From the NCBI GenBank assembly GCA_011605725.1, contig JAAOZP010000019.1, positions 23,278 through 87,277 on the forward strand: a DNA stretch of 64,000 bases, written 5' to 3'. The number at the start of each line of letters is the position of its first letter. Position 1 is the stretch's first letter. The position numbers and the translations under genes are program-made. Under the pieces are notes generated by a model that saw nothing but the letters and a program-made list of their open reading frames with translations, was not told the DNA's origin and did not search any database. Shown piece after piece: positions 40,875 through 50,732 of this stretch. The DNA comes from Nitrososphaerota archaeon (lineage in GTDB: Archaea; Thermoproteota; EX4484-205; JAAOZP01).

Positions 40875-41311
40875 CTTCCATATCCTCTAACAGACAGGAA
40901 ATACTTAAGCCTTTTAACCAAAAAGGTGTCTAATAGAGCGATAATAACCCTATGTGATTAAAAGAAGATTTAGCGTCCTGTATGAACCATAACAGGTATC
41001 GCTGTCTTCATCCCCGGCAAAAGGACGATTGCTTCCCCTGGTCTAGCTCCTGCAGCTTTAAGGCCTGCTCCCTGTTCAGGTGCATCGTGTCGATAACCTT
41101 TCAACGTCGCTTGAGTACTATGGTCTGAGGTAGACTATTGTTTCGAAGGAAGGACTTGCCAACCCGCAAATCCCATTAAGAAATGGTAGCAGTAGACGGT
41201 TAAGATCTGGACGGTGTTTAAGATTACTGCTTTTTTAAGGAGAAAATGGCATAAATGAGAGGTTTAGCCTGAAATAGTCAGTGAAAAAACCTATTTTTCG
41301 TTTTTAGCGCG

Positions 41312-41585
41312 CGCGGATTTCCTAGTATTCCATAAAAGAGGCTTAATCGTAATAGTGGACGTTAAGAGCACTAGGAAGTCTGACGAGTTTCCAGGAGGTT
41401 GTTTTGATAGAGCAAGAGATGAATCTTTTTATAAGAAATACTTCCCCGGGGACTATAGGAATGTTAAATACGGACTGCCGGTCGCTGTATTCATAGATAT
41501 CAATATCCCTGAGCCGACCGATCCTGAAGAAATCATCAAGGCGGAGATCGGAGACTTAATTGAGAATCCCTACTACTCTCCTTAA
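41312..41585 (+). pseudogene. C-terminal PD-(D/E)XK nuclease-like fragment
   Basis: Open from the motif at 41305: ADFLVFHKRGLIVIVDVKSTRK... Confidence 0.55.
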
Positions 41586-42325
41586 CTAAGCTTCCATCCC
41601 CTTTCTTTCCTCAGCTTCTCCGCCTCCTCACGCGTAAACACGAAGAAATTAAACTGATCACTAAGACCGTATGAGTAATACTGGTACCCCGTGTCCCTTA
41701 TTAGCTCGTTTATCTTCCGCACAGCAGGCTCTATGTTGAGAAAATCTCCGTCGCAGTAAAAGTCGACGTAGTGCTCCTCCCCCCTGAACTTGAAGAAGAC
41801 TGTGCAGCGGTCCACCTTACCCTCCCCTATGGCGTAATAGCGAAGGTGAATACCCTCGAGGCCCGGTATCCTGTCCTTTATTTTCTCGAACTCCTTATAG
41901 GGATATGAGGTCCACTCCTCCCTTATATCAGTGGGGTTGAAGACCCCCCTGGATATCCTTGCGAACCTCTTCAACAGCATGATCCCCATCCCTTTCTCGG
42001 GCATCGTCTCAGGGTCCTCTTCAAATGCCCTCTTAACATCGAAAAGTGCGATCTTATAATCGAATTCGGAAACTCTGTTTTTCAACCAGTGATCCTCGTG
42101 CTCCCTTAAACTCTCGACCAATGACTGCCCATGCCACCTCTGCGGATGCCCCGTTATCTCCCTATCCACCCACCAAGCATCCTCATAACATATTTCCCCG
42201 CTGAAAATCTTATCAAGTATCTCCCCGGATGACAAATTGGAATAGTCTTTAAAGAAATCCATCTTGCGAAGATATTCTATAGAGTCTATGAGTCTCTTCC
42301 TTAACACAGGGTTCATCACCACCAT
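41582..42325 (-). CDS. Hypothetical 247-aa protein, intact member of a locally repeated family
   Basis: Paralogous fragments at 47657-47863 and 50282-50590. Confidence 0.75.
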   Translation of the reverse strand: MVVMNPVLRKRLIDSIEYLRKMDFFKDYSNLSSGEILDKIFSGEICYEDAWWVDREITGHPQRWHGQSLVESLREHEDHWLKNRVSEFDYKIALFDVKRAFEEDPETMPEKGMGIMLLKRFARISRGVFNPTDIREEWTSYPYKEFEKIKDRIPGLEGIHLRYYAIGEGKVDRCTVFFKFRGEEHYVDFYCDGDFLNIEPAVRKINELIRDTGYQYYSYGLSDQFNFFVFTREEAEKLRKERGWKLS

Positions 42326-42858
42326 AATGCAAGTAAGGCTTAAAAGCGTAACGGGCAGGATGTAATGCTTACGAGCGCGCGCTTAGGATTCCTTCCGATG
42401 AGCTTGAGGTCAATAAGAGGCAGATTCAAGGAGGGCCTGACCTCCATAGGAGAAAGGAATCGTGGCGATAGTCAAGGTGAAGAGCACGAGGAGCGCACGC
42501 CTTCGGGGTTAGCCGCGCGCGCTATTCCGTGGCTCAGAGGAAAGAGGATCCTTTCTTCCTCAACACGTGCCGCTGAAAATACACCAACGATGATGCCCAT
42601 TTTAATTAATTCATATTCTCCTACCTCCGTCTTGTGTACCTCATATTCTCCAAATGTTTTTACTGACCAGTAGGCTTCTCCGCACTCCTCCTTCCTACCA
42701 GTTTCCTCAGGTTCTCCTTGAAAAAACCTTCTCTCATGCTGCCTTACAGTTGAGCCTCCGCCCATTCCTCTATCTTCTCCGCCTCGGCCGGCTTAGGTCT
42801 AGGAAGTTGTGCATAGCCAACGTTTTTATCGCTCGCTCTTTATCCTCAGCGCGCGCTA

Positions 42859-42923
42859 AACGCTGATGGAGGAGGCCGCGAGTCCGAATCTCGCCTGGGG
42901 CTTTTCAACCGGTTTAAGCTCGA
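42859..42923 (+). repeat. Direct repeat of the tRNA-Thr(GGT) 3' half plus trailer (att-like)
   Basis: 65 bp matching 37327-37391 with about 8 mismatches; flanked by palindromes at 42848 and 42934. Confidence 0.88.
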
Positions 42924-43074
42924 CCACTAGGGCTAGCGCGCGCTGTGATTGAAAGGATTTCAGAGGTTATAGAAAGACTTTGCTGCGTTATCCCTTCCAG
43001 CTTAGAAAATAGATATCTAATTTAGAGATTGAACAGTTATCAAATAAAGTAAAAACATAGAACTCATTCTCTCG

Positions 43075-43150
43075 ACTTATGATGAAGGGAAGAAGTCTTG
43101 TCGGCAGTGTAAACAAGAACGTTAGCGTCTAAAAGGGCAGTGGCGTTAAA
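43075..43150 (-). pseudogene. VapC/PIN toxin N-terminal remnant
   Basis: Manual translation ..ALLDANVLVYTADKTSPLH immediately downstream of the antitoxin-like ORF. Confidence 0.65.
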
Positions 43151-43328
43151 GATAGTCATAGATTTCTTCCCTCGTAAGCCTACCCTTGACTTTTAAAGGC
43201 CAGCTTTTGAATCTTATCTCCTCACTCCTCCTCAGCTTCTCAGCCCTCCTAGCCCTAATTGAATCGATAAACTCCTTCACGATCCTAACCTCCTCCTCGG
43301 TCAAATCCCCAACTTCAAGCCTCTCCAT
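43146..43328 (-). CDS. Small VapB-like antitoxin
   Basis: MERLEV...GRLTREEIYDYL; C-terminal LTREEIY motif; precedes the PIN remnant. Confidence 0.65.
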   Translation of the reverse strand: MERLEVGDLTEEEVRIVKEFIDSIRARRAEKLRRSEEIRFKSWPLKVKGRLTREEIYDYL

Positions 43329-43671
43329 TCTACTCAAAATCCTTCTCGCCAAACTAATATTTATCCCTTGCTGACCAAGTATCCCCCGCAAAGAGGTCAT
43401 CCAGCATCATGTTTGAATCATGATTGGTATAGCGCGCTATTTCTTTTATCGGTTAAAGAATGTAGACATCCCCTGTTGTGATCCTTGCATAAGCCGTAGT
43501 GCATTACAAAATTAACTAATTAGCGCGCGGCAAGAAGGAGAAATCCTTGCAGATATTTTAGTAGCATTATACAGTTATGAAGAAAACTTGGAGGCTTCTC
43601 GTTTTTAAAAACGCTGTTGGCAAATGTCTATTTTCAAACCTAAAGGCTTAATAGAACTACCGTTTTGGAGA

Positions 43672-44091
43672 ATGTCGATGGAGAGGTTCGAGGAGGCGCG
43701 CAGGTGGTTTCTACAGGCGTTGAGGGATTTGAAGGCTGCTGAAACAAGCTTGGATGCTGAAAGCTACGAATGGAGTTCCTTTCAATCACAGCAGGCGGCT
43801 GAGAAGGCAGTCAAGGCCCTGAGTTACGCTATTGGGCGCAGTTCTTGGGGGCACAGCATCGTTGAGTTGCTTGATGGGCTAAGGGATGCCTATCCAGAGG
43901 CCGGTTCCTACATGAGCGATGCTAGGGAGTTGGATAGGCACTACATACCTTCAAGGTATCCAAATGCATTTGAATCGGGCTACCCTGCCCTATACTATGA
44001 TAAGGTGTCTGCCGAGAGGGCTGTTGAATGCGCCAAGAGGATAATCGGATGGGTTGAGGGTGAGCTGAAATGTCTTGGAGTAAGGATGTAG
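43672..44091 (+). CDS. HEPN domain protein
   Basis: QQAAEKAVKA, GHSI and LDRHYIPSRYP motifs. Confidence 0.92.
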   Translation: MSMERFEEARRWFLQALRDLKAAETSLDAESYEWSSFQSQQAAEKAVKALSYAIGRSSWGHSIVELLDGLRDAYPEAGSYMSDARELDRHYIPSRYPNAFESGYPALYYDKVSAERAVECAKRIIGWVEGELKCLGVRM

Positions 44092-44453
44092 AGGCGTTCG
44101 CCGAGAAAGTGAAGGCCTCGTTTCCAGTTGAAGCCATCCTGATCTTCGGATCGTATGCAAAGAATCAGCACGGCGACTGGAGCGATATAGACATACTTGT
44201 ATTAAGTGACCGCTTTAAAGATGTTAATATCCTTGACAGGTTTAAGATCCTTCAAGAGTTTAAAGTGGGAAGAATCGAAGCATTTGCCTACACTTATGAG
44301 GAACTGGTTAGAATGGTAGATAAGGGGAATCCGCTGGCGTTAAATGCGTTAAGTGAAGGGAAACTGCTTATCGCCAGCCCAAGGGTGGAGAAACTGGTGT
44401 CTCTGGTTAGAGAAAAGTATGTGAAAAAGGGAAAGGCATGGATATTTAAATAA
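44070..44453 (+). CDS. Minimal nucleotidyltransferase (MNT)
   Basis: IFGSYA...SDIDILV motif. Confidence 0.92.
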   Translation: MSWSKDVEAFAEKVKASFPVEAILIFGSYAKNQHGDWSDIDILVLSDRFKDVNILDRFKILQEFKVGRIEAFAYTYEELVRMVDKGNPLALNALSEGKLLIASPRVEKLVSLVREKYVKKGKAWIFK

Positions 44454-44494
44454 GGCATGCTAAATAATCTCCTTCTTTAAAGCCTATGCTGAAT

Positions 44495-44640
44495 GTATAA
44501 AGGGAGAAACTAAACAAAAAGCAACCATAGTTTATGTAACCATGTGGAATAGCACGGAGAAGATGATATAGCCAATGGCGGAGACTCTAGCTTCGGAAGA
44601 CGTAGAGGTTAGCGTGCACTATCTGGATTATAGAAGCTGA
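44495..44640 (+). pseudogene. FprA-type flavodoxin-domain fragment
   Basis: Manual translation KGETKQKATIVYVTMWNSTEKMI*PMAETLASEDVEV. Confidence 0.6.
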
Positions 44641-45078
44641 TAAAGCCAAGCATTATCCTGGAGACAATCCATGCTTTATATTAATCACATGTAAAGGGAT
44701 CGAAGTAATTAGATATTGTAATCCATTGAGACAGAGACCTCAATCTGAAGTACCAAGCTTCTTCGGAAAAGAAGGAGAAGAAGCAAATATCATAATCACG
44801 AAGATATCTCGATTCGATTTCTTATTGAAAGCTTATTCTACCGGCAAGCTACCTTTCAAGCCTGTTATAAAATCTGATGGGACTCTCGCTTTACTTATAG
44901 ACGGAAAGGAAGTGCCAAAAGATCTCTCCATGGGAGCAACTAGACCCTATTTGATTCTAGGCATAATGGATCAAAATACGGGACGTCACACACGTATAGA
45001 AATCGCTTGAGGCCGCGTAATGCTTAAGTACTTGGATCCAGTACTTCAATACGTCTTAGTTTAAAAACGTGGTAAAGA

Positions 45079-45383
45079 ATGGAAAGAGAAATCCTGAAGA
45101 AAGTTAAGAAGGTTCTGAGAGAGCATAGGGAGGAGTTAAGGGAAAAATACGGAGTGAAAAAATCGGTGTCTTCGGCTCCTATGTTAGGGGTGAGAACAAA
45201 GAGTCAAGCGACCTCGATGTTCTTGTAGAGTTTGAAGAGAACGTAGAGATGGATCTCATAAAGTTCGTGGAGCTTGAAAACTATCTGTCGGAGCTTTTAG
45301 GAGTAAAAGTTGATCTTGTAGACAAAGCCGCTTTAAAGCCAGCTATAGGGAAGCATATTCTGCAAGAAGTGGTTTATCCGTGA
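45079..45383 (+). pseudogene. MntA-type nucleotidyltransferase antitoxin, frameshifted in an A6 run
   Basis: MEREIL...EKYGVKK | IGVFGSYVRGE...SDLDVLVEF...LGVKVDLV; restoring the frame needs A7 at about 45157-45162. Confidence 0.85.
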
Positions 45384-45715
45384 AAAGAGTGGTTAAGGAC
45401 CACGTTAATGATATTATTGACTCCATGAATAAAGCCATGAAATTTATAGAAGGAATGTCTTACGAGCAGTTCATTCGAGATGATAAAACAGTTTTCGCAG
45501 TAGTGAGGGCGCTGGAAATCATAGGAGAAGCCGTGAAGAAGATCCCTGAAGAAATAAGAGTAAAATATCCAGAGATCCCGTGGAAAGGCATGGCTGGAAT
45601 GAGAAATAAGGTTATTCACGAATATTTCGGCGTGAATCTAAAATATGTCTGGGAAACAGTTGGGAAAAGAATACCTGAGCTTAAACCAATGTTTGAAAAG
45701 CTGCGAGAAACTTAG
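45380..45715 (+). CDS. HepT/DUF86 ribonuclease toxin
   Basis: LEIIGEA and IPWKGMAGMRNKVIHEYFGV (RxxxxH) motifs. Confidence 0.92.
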   Translation: MKRVVKDHVNDIIDSMNKAMKFIEGMSYEQFIRDDKTVFAVVRALEIIGEAVKKIPEEIRVKYPEIPWKGMAGMRNKVIHEYFGVNLKYVWETVGKRIPELKPMFEKLRET

Positions 45716-45808
45716 AAAGTTAGCATATTGCCTCGGATTTGTTCGTTACATGTTGTCTTCAGGTTTTTGATCGATAAGTTTTTAAACACATGTATGCACT
45801 TATAAGTT

Positions 45809-46024
45809 ATGGTTAAGACGATCACAATAAACGACGAAGCCTATAGGGCTCTGGTCGAGCTTAAAGGCGAGGGTGAGAGCTTTAGCGAGGTCATAGTTAG
45901 GATCCTGAGGGGGAGGAGGATTAACCTGTCTGAATTCTATGGCGTGTTCCGTGACAACGCAGGCTTGTGGTTTGAGGTTGAGAGAGAGATCCTTGAGGAT
46001 AGGAGGAGAGCATCTGCAAGATGA
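45809..46024 (+). CDS. vapB: VapB-family antitoxin (DUF217-like)
   Basis: KTITINDEAYRAL...ESFSEVI.R. Confidence 0.88.
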   Translation: MVKTITINDEAYRALVELKGEGESFSEVIVRILRGRRINLSEFYGVFRDNAGLWFEVEREILEDRRRASAR

Positions 46025-46428
46025 TGTTGCTCGACACTTCAGCCATAATAAGTATCCTGAGGGGGGATTCTGGAGTCAAGAGTATTATTGATAGGCCTGC
46101 GAAAGAAGGGTTCTGCACGACTACGATTACTCGCTTCGAGCTTTTCTCCAAGGTGTATCACAGGGGGCTTGTTAAGGAGGGTAAGGTGCTGAGAAGACTG
46201 ATCAAGAGTATGAATCTCTTGACTTTTGATGAGGAATCTTCGGAGAAGGCTGCTGAAATCATGGGGACGCTTCTAAGGGCTGGCAAGCCGGTTAATGTTA
46301 TCGATGTTTTGATCGCTGGCATTGCCGTGGCTAACGGCGTTGAGGAGATAGCAACTCTGGATAGGGATTTCAAGACCATTGAAGAGGTCTACGGTCATCT
46401 GAAAGTTGTATTGTTAACTGGAAGCTGA
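46021..46428 (+). CDS. vapC: VapC PIN toxin
   Basis: LLDTSAII, D.LIAGIA and TLDRDF motifs. Confidence 0.92.
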   Translation: MMLLDTSAIISILRGDSGVKSIIDRPAKEGFCTTTITRFELFSKVYHRGLVKEGKVLRRLIKSMNLLTFDEESSEKAAEIMGTLLRAGKPVNVIDVLIAGIAVANGVEEIATLDRDFKTIEEVYGHLKVVLLTGS

Positions 46429-46549
46429 AAATAATAGTCTTTTTCAAAACTGGATATTCGATCTATGACCCATATGTAGTGTGGTATGTATGCTCTACCA
46501 GCAGGGTTATTACAGGGCATGTATTGAGTATTCAGAATAATTAGTCAAC

Positions 46550-47092
46550 ATGGTTGCGGCAGAGGAGCAGAAGCATAGCGTTATACAATACTATAAGAAG
46601 GTTGCTGAAGAATATGATAGGGAGTATGACACGCCGTATTTCAAGAGGCTGTACGACAAGATTACTTGGCGCTACTTCGAGCCGTATCTTCCTAAGGAGG
46701 GCTTGTGCTGGATGCTGGCGGGGGCACTGGAAAAATGGGCTATTCCGATTGCTGAAAAAGGCTTGAAGGTGGTTCTGTATGACATATCTAGAGAAATGCT
46801 GAACGTTGCTAGGCGTAAGATTATGAAGAGGCGCCTTGAAAACATGGTTTTATTTGAGGAGGGCGATATCTATGAAATAGGTTTCTCCGAGAACTATTTT
46901 GACTTCGTTCTAGCCGAAGGGGATCCGGTATCTTGATGCATGACCCGAGTAAGGCTGTCAGAGAGCTTGCTAGAGTCCTCAAGCCATGATGCTTCATCGC
47001 AGCTGGAGTAGACAGCTTGTTCAGCGTTACGCGGGGATACTTGTTCGAAAAGGATTGGAGGAGGCTTTTAAAGTGCTTCGGGAGAAAAGGTA
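46550..47092 (+). pseudogene. Class I SAM-dependent methyltransferase pseudogene
   Basis: LDAGGGTGK motif split by a frameshift; DISREML, FDFVLAEG; internal stops; ends at the perfect palindrome at 47091. Confidence 0.8.
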
Positions 47093-47102
47093 GCGCGCGC
47101 TA

Positions 47103-47499
47103 GAAACTGAGGGGTCAGAAGAAAGGAATAGTCACATACCTGTTTAATCCTGCTAATTTTAACGAATTAGCTAAGTATTCGCAACTACTTGAAGGGATTT
47201 CCATCTCTTTGTTTGATTTAGCAGAATTCTATGGTTTAAGAGTATCTCCTGTTCAGGTTGAATGGTTATGGCCAGATGTTCACTCAGAACCTTTCGACAT
47301 ATGGCCCGTAACCGCTGAAGACCCCCATTATCACTCATATTATAAACCGGAGGATTGGGAACTAATAGGGGCTTCACTAACAGCAGACATAGAGTATTCA
47401 GAAGAGATCGTAGGCCTCGTTTTTAAAATCGTCGAAACCGCCGAAAAGCTGAATGAAATGAGAAACAAGTTTGAACACCTTCTTAAAAGTATGCATTAG
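47103..47499 (+). pseudogene. C-terminal fragment of an unknown gene, open from the palindrome
   Basis: Frame open from about 47103 (KLRGQKKGIVTYLF...) to the stop at 47499; motif variant at 47507. Confidence 0.5.
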
Positions 47500-47656
47500 G
47501 ATATTAAGCGCGTGCCCAAAAGACAAGGAGTAGGTTTTCTAATCTGACAGCGTGTAAGTGCTTATAAGGCTGCTCTACACTAGCGCGCGCTAAACTGATT
47601 CTGACGTGTTATAACGCTTCGAGTTATGCTTTTAAGCTTACTCCACGTTATTTACG

Positions 47657-47872
47657 GTGATGAAACCCGAGCTGAGGAGGAGGCCCATAGGTTCAATCGA
47701 GTACCTTCGCAAGATGGGTTTCTTCCAAGATCATTCCAGCCTGTCCTCCGAAGAGATGCTTGAGAAGATCTTCTATGAAGAAACATGTTATGAGAATGCC
47801 TGGTGGACTGGTAGAGAGATAACGGGGCATCTGGAAAAGTTGCATGGACAGTCGGCGCGCCTAACTAGTTAG
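47657..47872 (+). pseudogene. N-terminal fragment of a paralog of 41582-42325
   Basis: SIEYLRKMGFF...CYENAWW.GREITGH...HGQS, then motif GGCGCGCCTA. Confidence 0.85.
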
Positions 47873-47882
47873 GGATTTTACC

Positions 47883-49088
47883 ATGGCACGAAAAAAGAAT
47901 GTTATAAACAGCGCTTTTTGGACGCTTTGCATGATGGGGTTCTTCGCAATTTTAAGCTCAACGATGTCTAAGAGCCCTGTTTTAAAGCCTTTCTCGCTAA
48001 GCCTTGGGACGCCGACCGATTGGACGGGGATTGTTGCTTCTGCCTCAACGATTCCTGGAATTTTAGTTAGTTTGCCTGCTGCCTCGCTTTCTGACATTTA
48101 TGGCAGAAAGAAGTTCATATTAATTGCCGGTTTCATCTTTGCTTCCGCTCCCTTCCTTTATCTTCTGATAACTGTTTGGTGGCAACTTATTCTCGTCAGA
48201 TTTTACCATGGATTCGCAACTGCGATTTTTGTGCCGGTTGCTGAGGCTTCAATAGCCGAACTATTTCCAACTAAGCGTGGAGAACGAATTTCCCTTTTCT
48301 CTTCAGCGACATACGTTGGAAGAGTTATCGCACCGGCTTTAGGCGGCTACATACTTTTCGCGACGACGAACAATTTTCACACGCTTTACCTATGTGTGGC
48401 TATAGCGGGCGTAACAGCGCTGGTTATGGCTCTTCCATTTTTGACGGAAAGAAAACAAATCATAAGCACTCGGCAACATGATGCCAGAGAAACTGTTAAG
48501 AAAATTTTCCACGGATGGCGAATTGTCATACATACCCGTGGAGCGTTGACCGTTAGTTTAGTCCAAGCAAGCCTATACTATGTTTATGGCTCTGCAGAGT
48601 TCTTTTTGGCTGGTTATTTGCCGGAGGTCGCCGGGTTAAATGAGTTCTTAACTGGTATTATTATCACAAGCATAATTGGCATCGCAATTTTCGCAAGACC
48701 TTACATGGGAAGGCTTTCGGACAAGATTGGAAGGCGAACGCCAATAATATTGGGCTGCATAATCTCAGCGGCGCCCATGCTGGTAATTCCTTTCGTCACC
48801 AGTTTCTGGGCTCTACTTTTGTTGGCCCTAATTTATGGGTTCGGCTTCGCCAGTGTAACGGCCTCAACGCCAGCCCTAATAAGCGAGTTAACGCCTAAGG
48901 AACTTGTTGGGACATGCATGGGGTTCCTCGACACCATGATGGATGTGGGACAAACGCTTGGACCCATAATCAGCGGTTTGATACTTGCAACAAGCCTACA
49001 ATATGTTGGAGTCTTCCTCTCCCTAAGCATTTTACTCCTATTAGCAGGTCTATCATTTGCTTTATCCAAAGTTCCAAAAGAAAAGTAA
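47883..49088 (+). CDS. MFS transporter
   Basis: LSDIYGRK and GRLSDKIGRR motif A; about 12 TM segments. Confidence 0.92.
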   Translation: MARKKNVINSAFWTLCMMGFFAILSSTMSKSPVLKPFSLSLGTPTDWTGIVASASTIPGILVSLPAASLSDIYGRKKFILIAGFIFASAPFLYLLITVWWQLILVRFYHGFATAIFVPVAEASIAELFPTKRGERISLFSSATYVGRVIAPALGGYILFATTNNFHTLYLCVAIAGVTALVMALPFLTERKQIISTRQHDARETVKKIFHGWRIVIHTRGALTVSLVQASLYYVYGSAEFFLAGYLPEVAGLNEFLTGIIITSIIGIAIFARPYMGRLSDKIGRRTPIILGCIISAAPMLVIPFVTSFWALLLLALIYGFGFASVTASTPALISELTPKELVGTCMGFLDTMMDVGQTLGPIISGLILATSLQYVGVFLSLSILLLLAGLSFALSKVPKEK

Positions 49089-49182
49089 AGAACAATGTAA
49101 TAGACTGTTAGAAAAATTATGTTATAAATCAGTTGTTCAGTGTCCGCTTGACGATTGAATAATAAAAAGGGTGGATTAATAT

Positions 49183-49695
49183 TTAGCATAGTGGCTCTTG
49201 CATTTTCCTTCGCAAGAATTCACGCTGCTGTTTTGTACTCATTCCCTCTAACTCTTTTTTATGCTTTTCACGGAGCAACTTATATTTGCAATAACTATAA
49301 AGCGCTTCATAGACATATGCAGCTTCTTCTACAGCCTCAAAATCATCTTCGACATTCAATCTTGCGCCAGTCATTATTGCACTTAACCCTACTCCTTCAG
49401 GCGCCAATTCAGCGTCACCTGTATCCGCTGAATGAACGATTTTCGCGAGCTCTTGAAGCACAGGGTCTTTTAACCCGTATTCTTCCATTATAGTCTCGAA
49501 ACTGCATTTTCCATCCCTATGGCCAAGCTTAACTCCTGGCGCGTCAAAAGGAATTGCCCCCTTGCTTTTCGAAACTTCTTCTATCTTCTCTACAGGCACA
49601 AAGATAAACTCTGCTTCTGGATCTATGAACTTTTTGATAAGCCATGGACACGCTGTCCTATCAACATGCACATATTCACGTGTAACCCACTTCAT
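49183..49695 (-). CDS. chrB: Chromate resistance protein ChrB domain
   Basis: MKWVTRE..HVDRTACPWLIKKFIDPEAEF and CSFE motifs. Confidence 0.9.
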   Translation of the reverse strand: MKWVTREYVHVDRTACPWLIKKFIDPEAEFIFVPVEKIEEVSKSKGAIPFDAPGVKLGHRDGKCSFETIMEEYGLKDPVLQELAKIVHSADTGDAELAPEGVGLSAIMTGARLNVEDDFEAVEEAAYVYEALYSYCKYKLLREKHKKELEGMSTKQQREFLRRKMQEPLC

Positions 49696-50103
49696 CTATA
49701 ATCACCATTACCCTCTATGCCCTCTCAATCCCTTTGACATTAATAAATTTTCTGTTGGTGTCTCTTAACAGAACCATTAATTTTCTTTTCTTGGTTGAGC
49801 TTTTCGATTATAGGCTATTCTTCCCTGCAGAGTTCACAGTTAGTGATGTTGGGATCAAACTAGACCTCTTCAATAATGAAATTGAGATTGGTGGAAATCG
49901 TTATGGTTTTAGGCAGAAGACGCATGTTTGGGGAGGAGAGATACGCGTAGATGCGGAACTCGATGGAAAAAACATAGAAGGCAAAAACTTGGTGCTCTCC
50001 TTCTATCAGGATGGAGAAGTTGGGGTCAAGCATGGAGAACGTCCTTGTCCGGTTAAAGGAGTTAGAATTGATGCCGAGCTTAAATTAATCAGAGTTAAAT
50101 ACT

Positions 50104-50282
50104 TCGATGGAAATCTGAAGTGGAAGTTCAAGGCGGAGGGAAGGATCGTAATAAGCCCCGTGATAATAGACGCGGATGGAGCAATATACCTGCAAACCAT
50201 CGAGCATCTCCCAGGTCTCTCCGCAGTCTTCACGGATCACTGTAAATCTCGACGGAAGCCTAAAATGGAGAAGAGAACAAGG
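50104..50282 (+). repeat. 179-bp near-identical duplicate of 37977-38155 (PQQ fragment)
   Basis: Direct sequence comparison; this copy ends at the motif at 50281. Confidence 0.92.
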
Positions 50283-50590
50283 CGCGCGCTAAGCACAACG
50301 TAGTTTATCCATAAATCTGAGACGGAAGCCGAGTAGTATCGGTATCCAGTATCTTTTATCAGTTCATTTATCTTCCAGACGGCTGGTTCCATGACAAGAG
50401 CCTCGCCATAGCTGGTGAAGTCAACGCAATGCTCTTTTCCCCTGAACTTGAAAAATACCCTGCATCGCACATCACCCCTTACATTATACCTCCAATTCCA
50501 CTCCTCCCTAATATTCGTCGGGTTGAAAACCCCCCTGGATATCCTCGCAAGCTTCTTAATTAGAGCTATGCCCATCCCTTTCTTTGCCTC
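50282..50590 (-). pseudogene. C-terminal-part fragment of a paralog of 41582-42325
   Basis: KGMGIALIKKLARISRGVFNPTNIREEW...KINELIKDTGYRYY; ends at the motif. Confidence 0.85.
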
Positions 50591-50732
50591 TTAGTATCGA
50601 AAGGGGGCCAAGTCATAATCTATCTCGCGCGCTACAGCTGAGCCTCCGCCCATTCCTCTATCTTCTCCGCCTCGGCAGGCAACAGATAGAGGAAACAAGC
50701 TCAGGATAAGCCGTGTACGTGATTTCAGCCTT

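Larger units (their letters stand above)
37396..50634. repeat. Dispersed palindrome (T)AGCGCGCGCT(A), about 20 copies including variants
   Basis: Copies at about 37396, 37511, 37588, 38199, 38359, 38733, 39291, 39550, 41305, 42374, 42514, 42848, 42934, 43430, 43521, 47091, 47507, 47581, 47854, 50281, 50626; outliers at 9991, 12795, 58231. Confidence 0.9.

Noticed and set aside
44726-45010. 94-aa ORF between TA modules
   Set aside because: No recognisable motif; probably another fragment, left uncalled.
37396-50634. CRISPR array or classical integron interpretation of the repeated palindrome
   Set aside because: The repeat is only 10-14 bp with spacing from about 70 bp to several kb. No cas or intI gene and no attC-like R/L boxes are visible.
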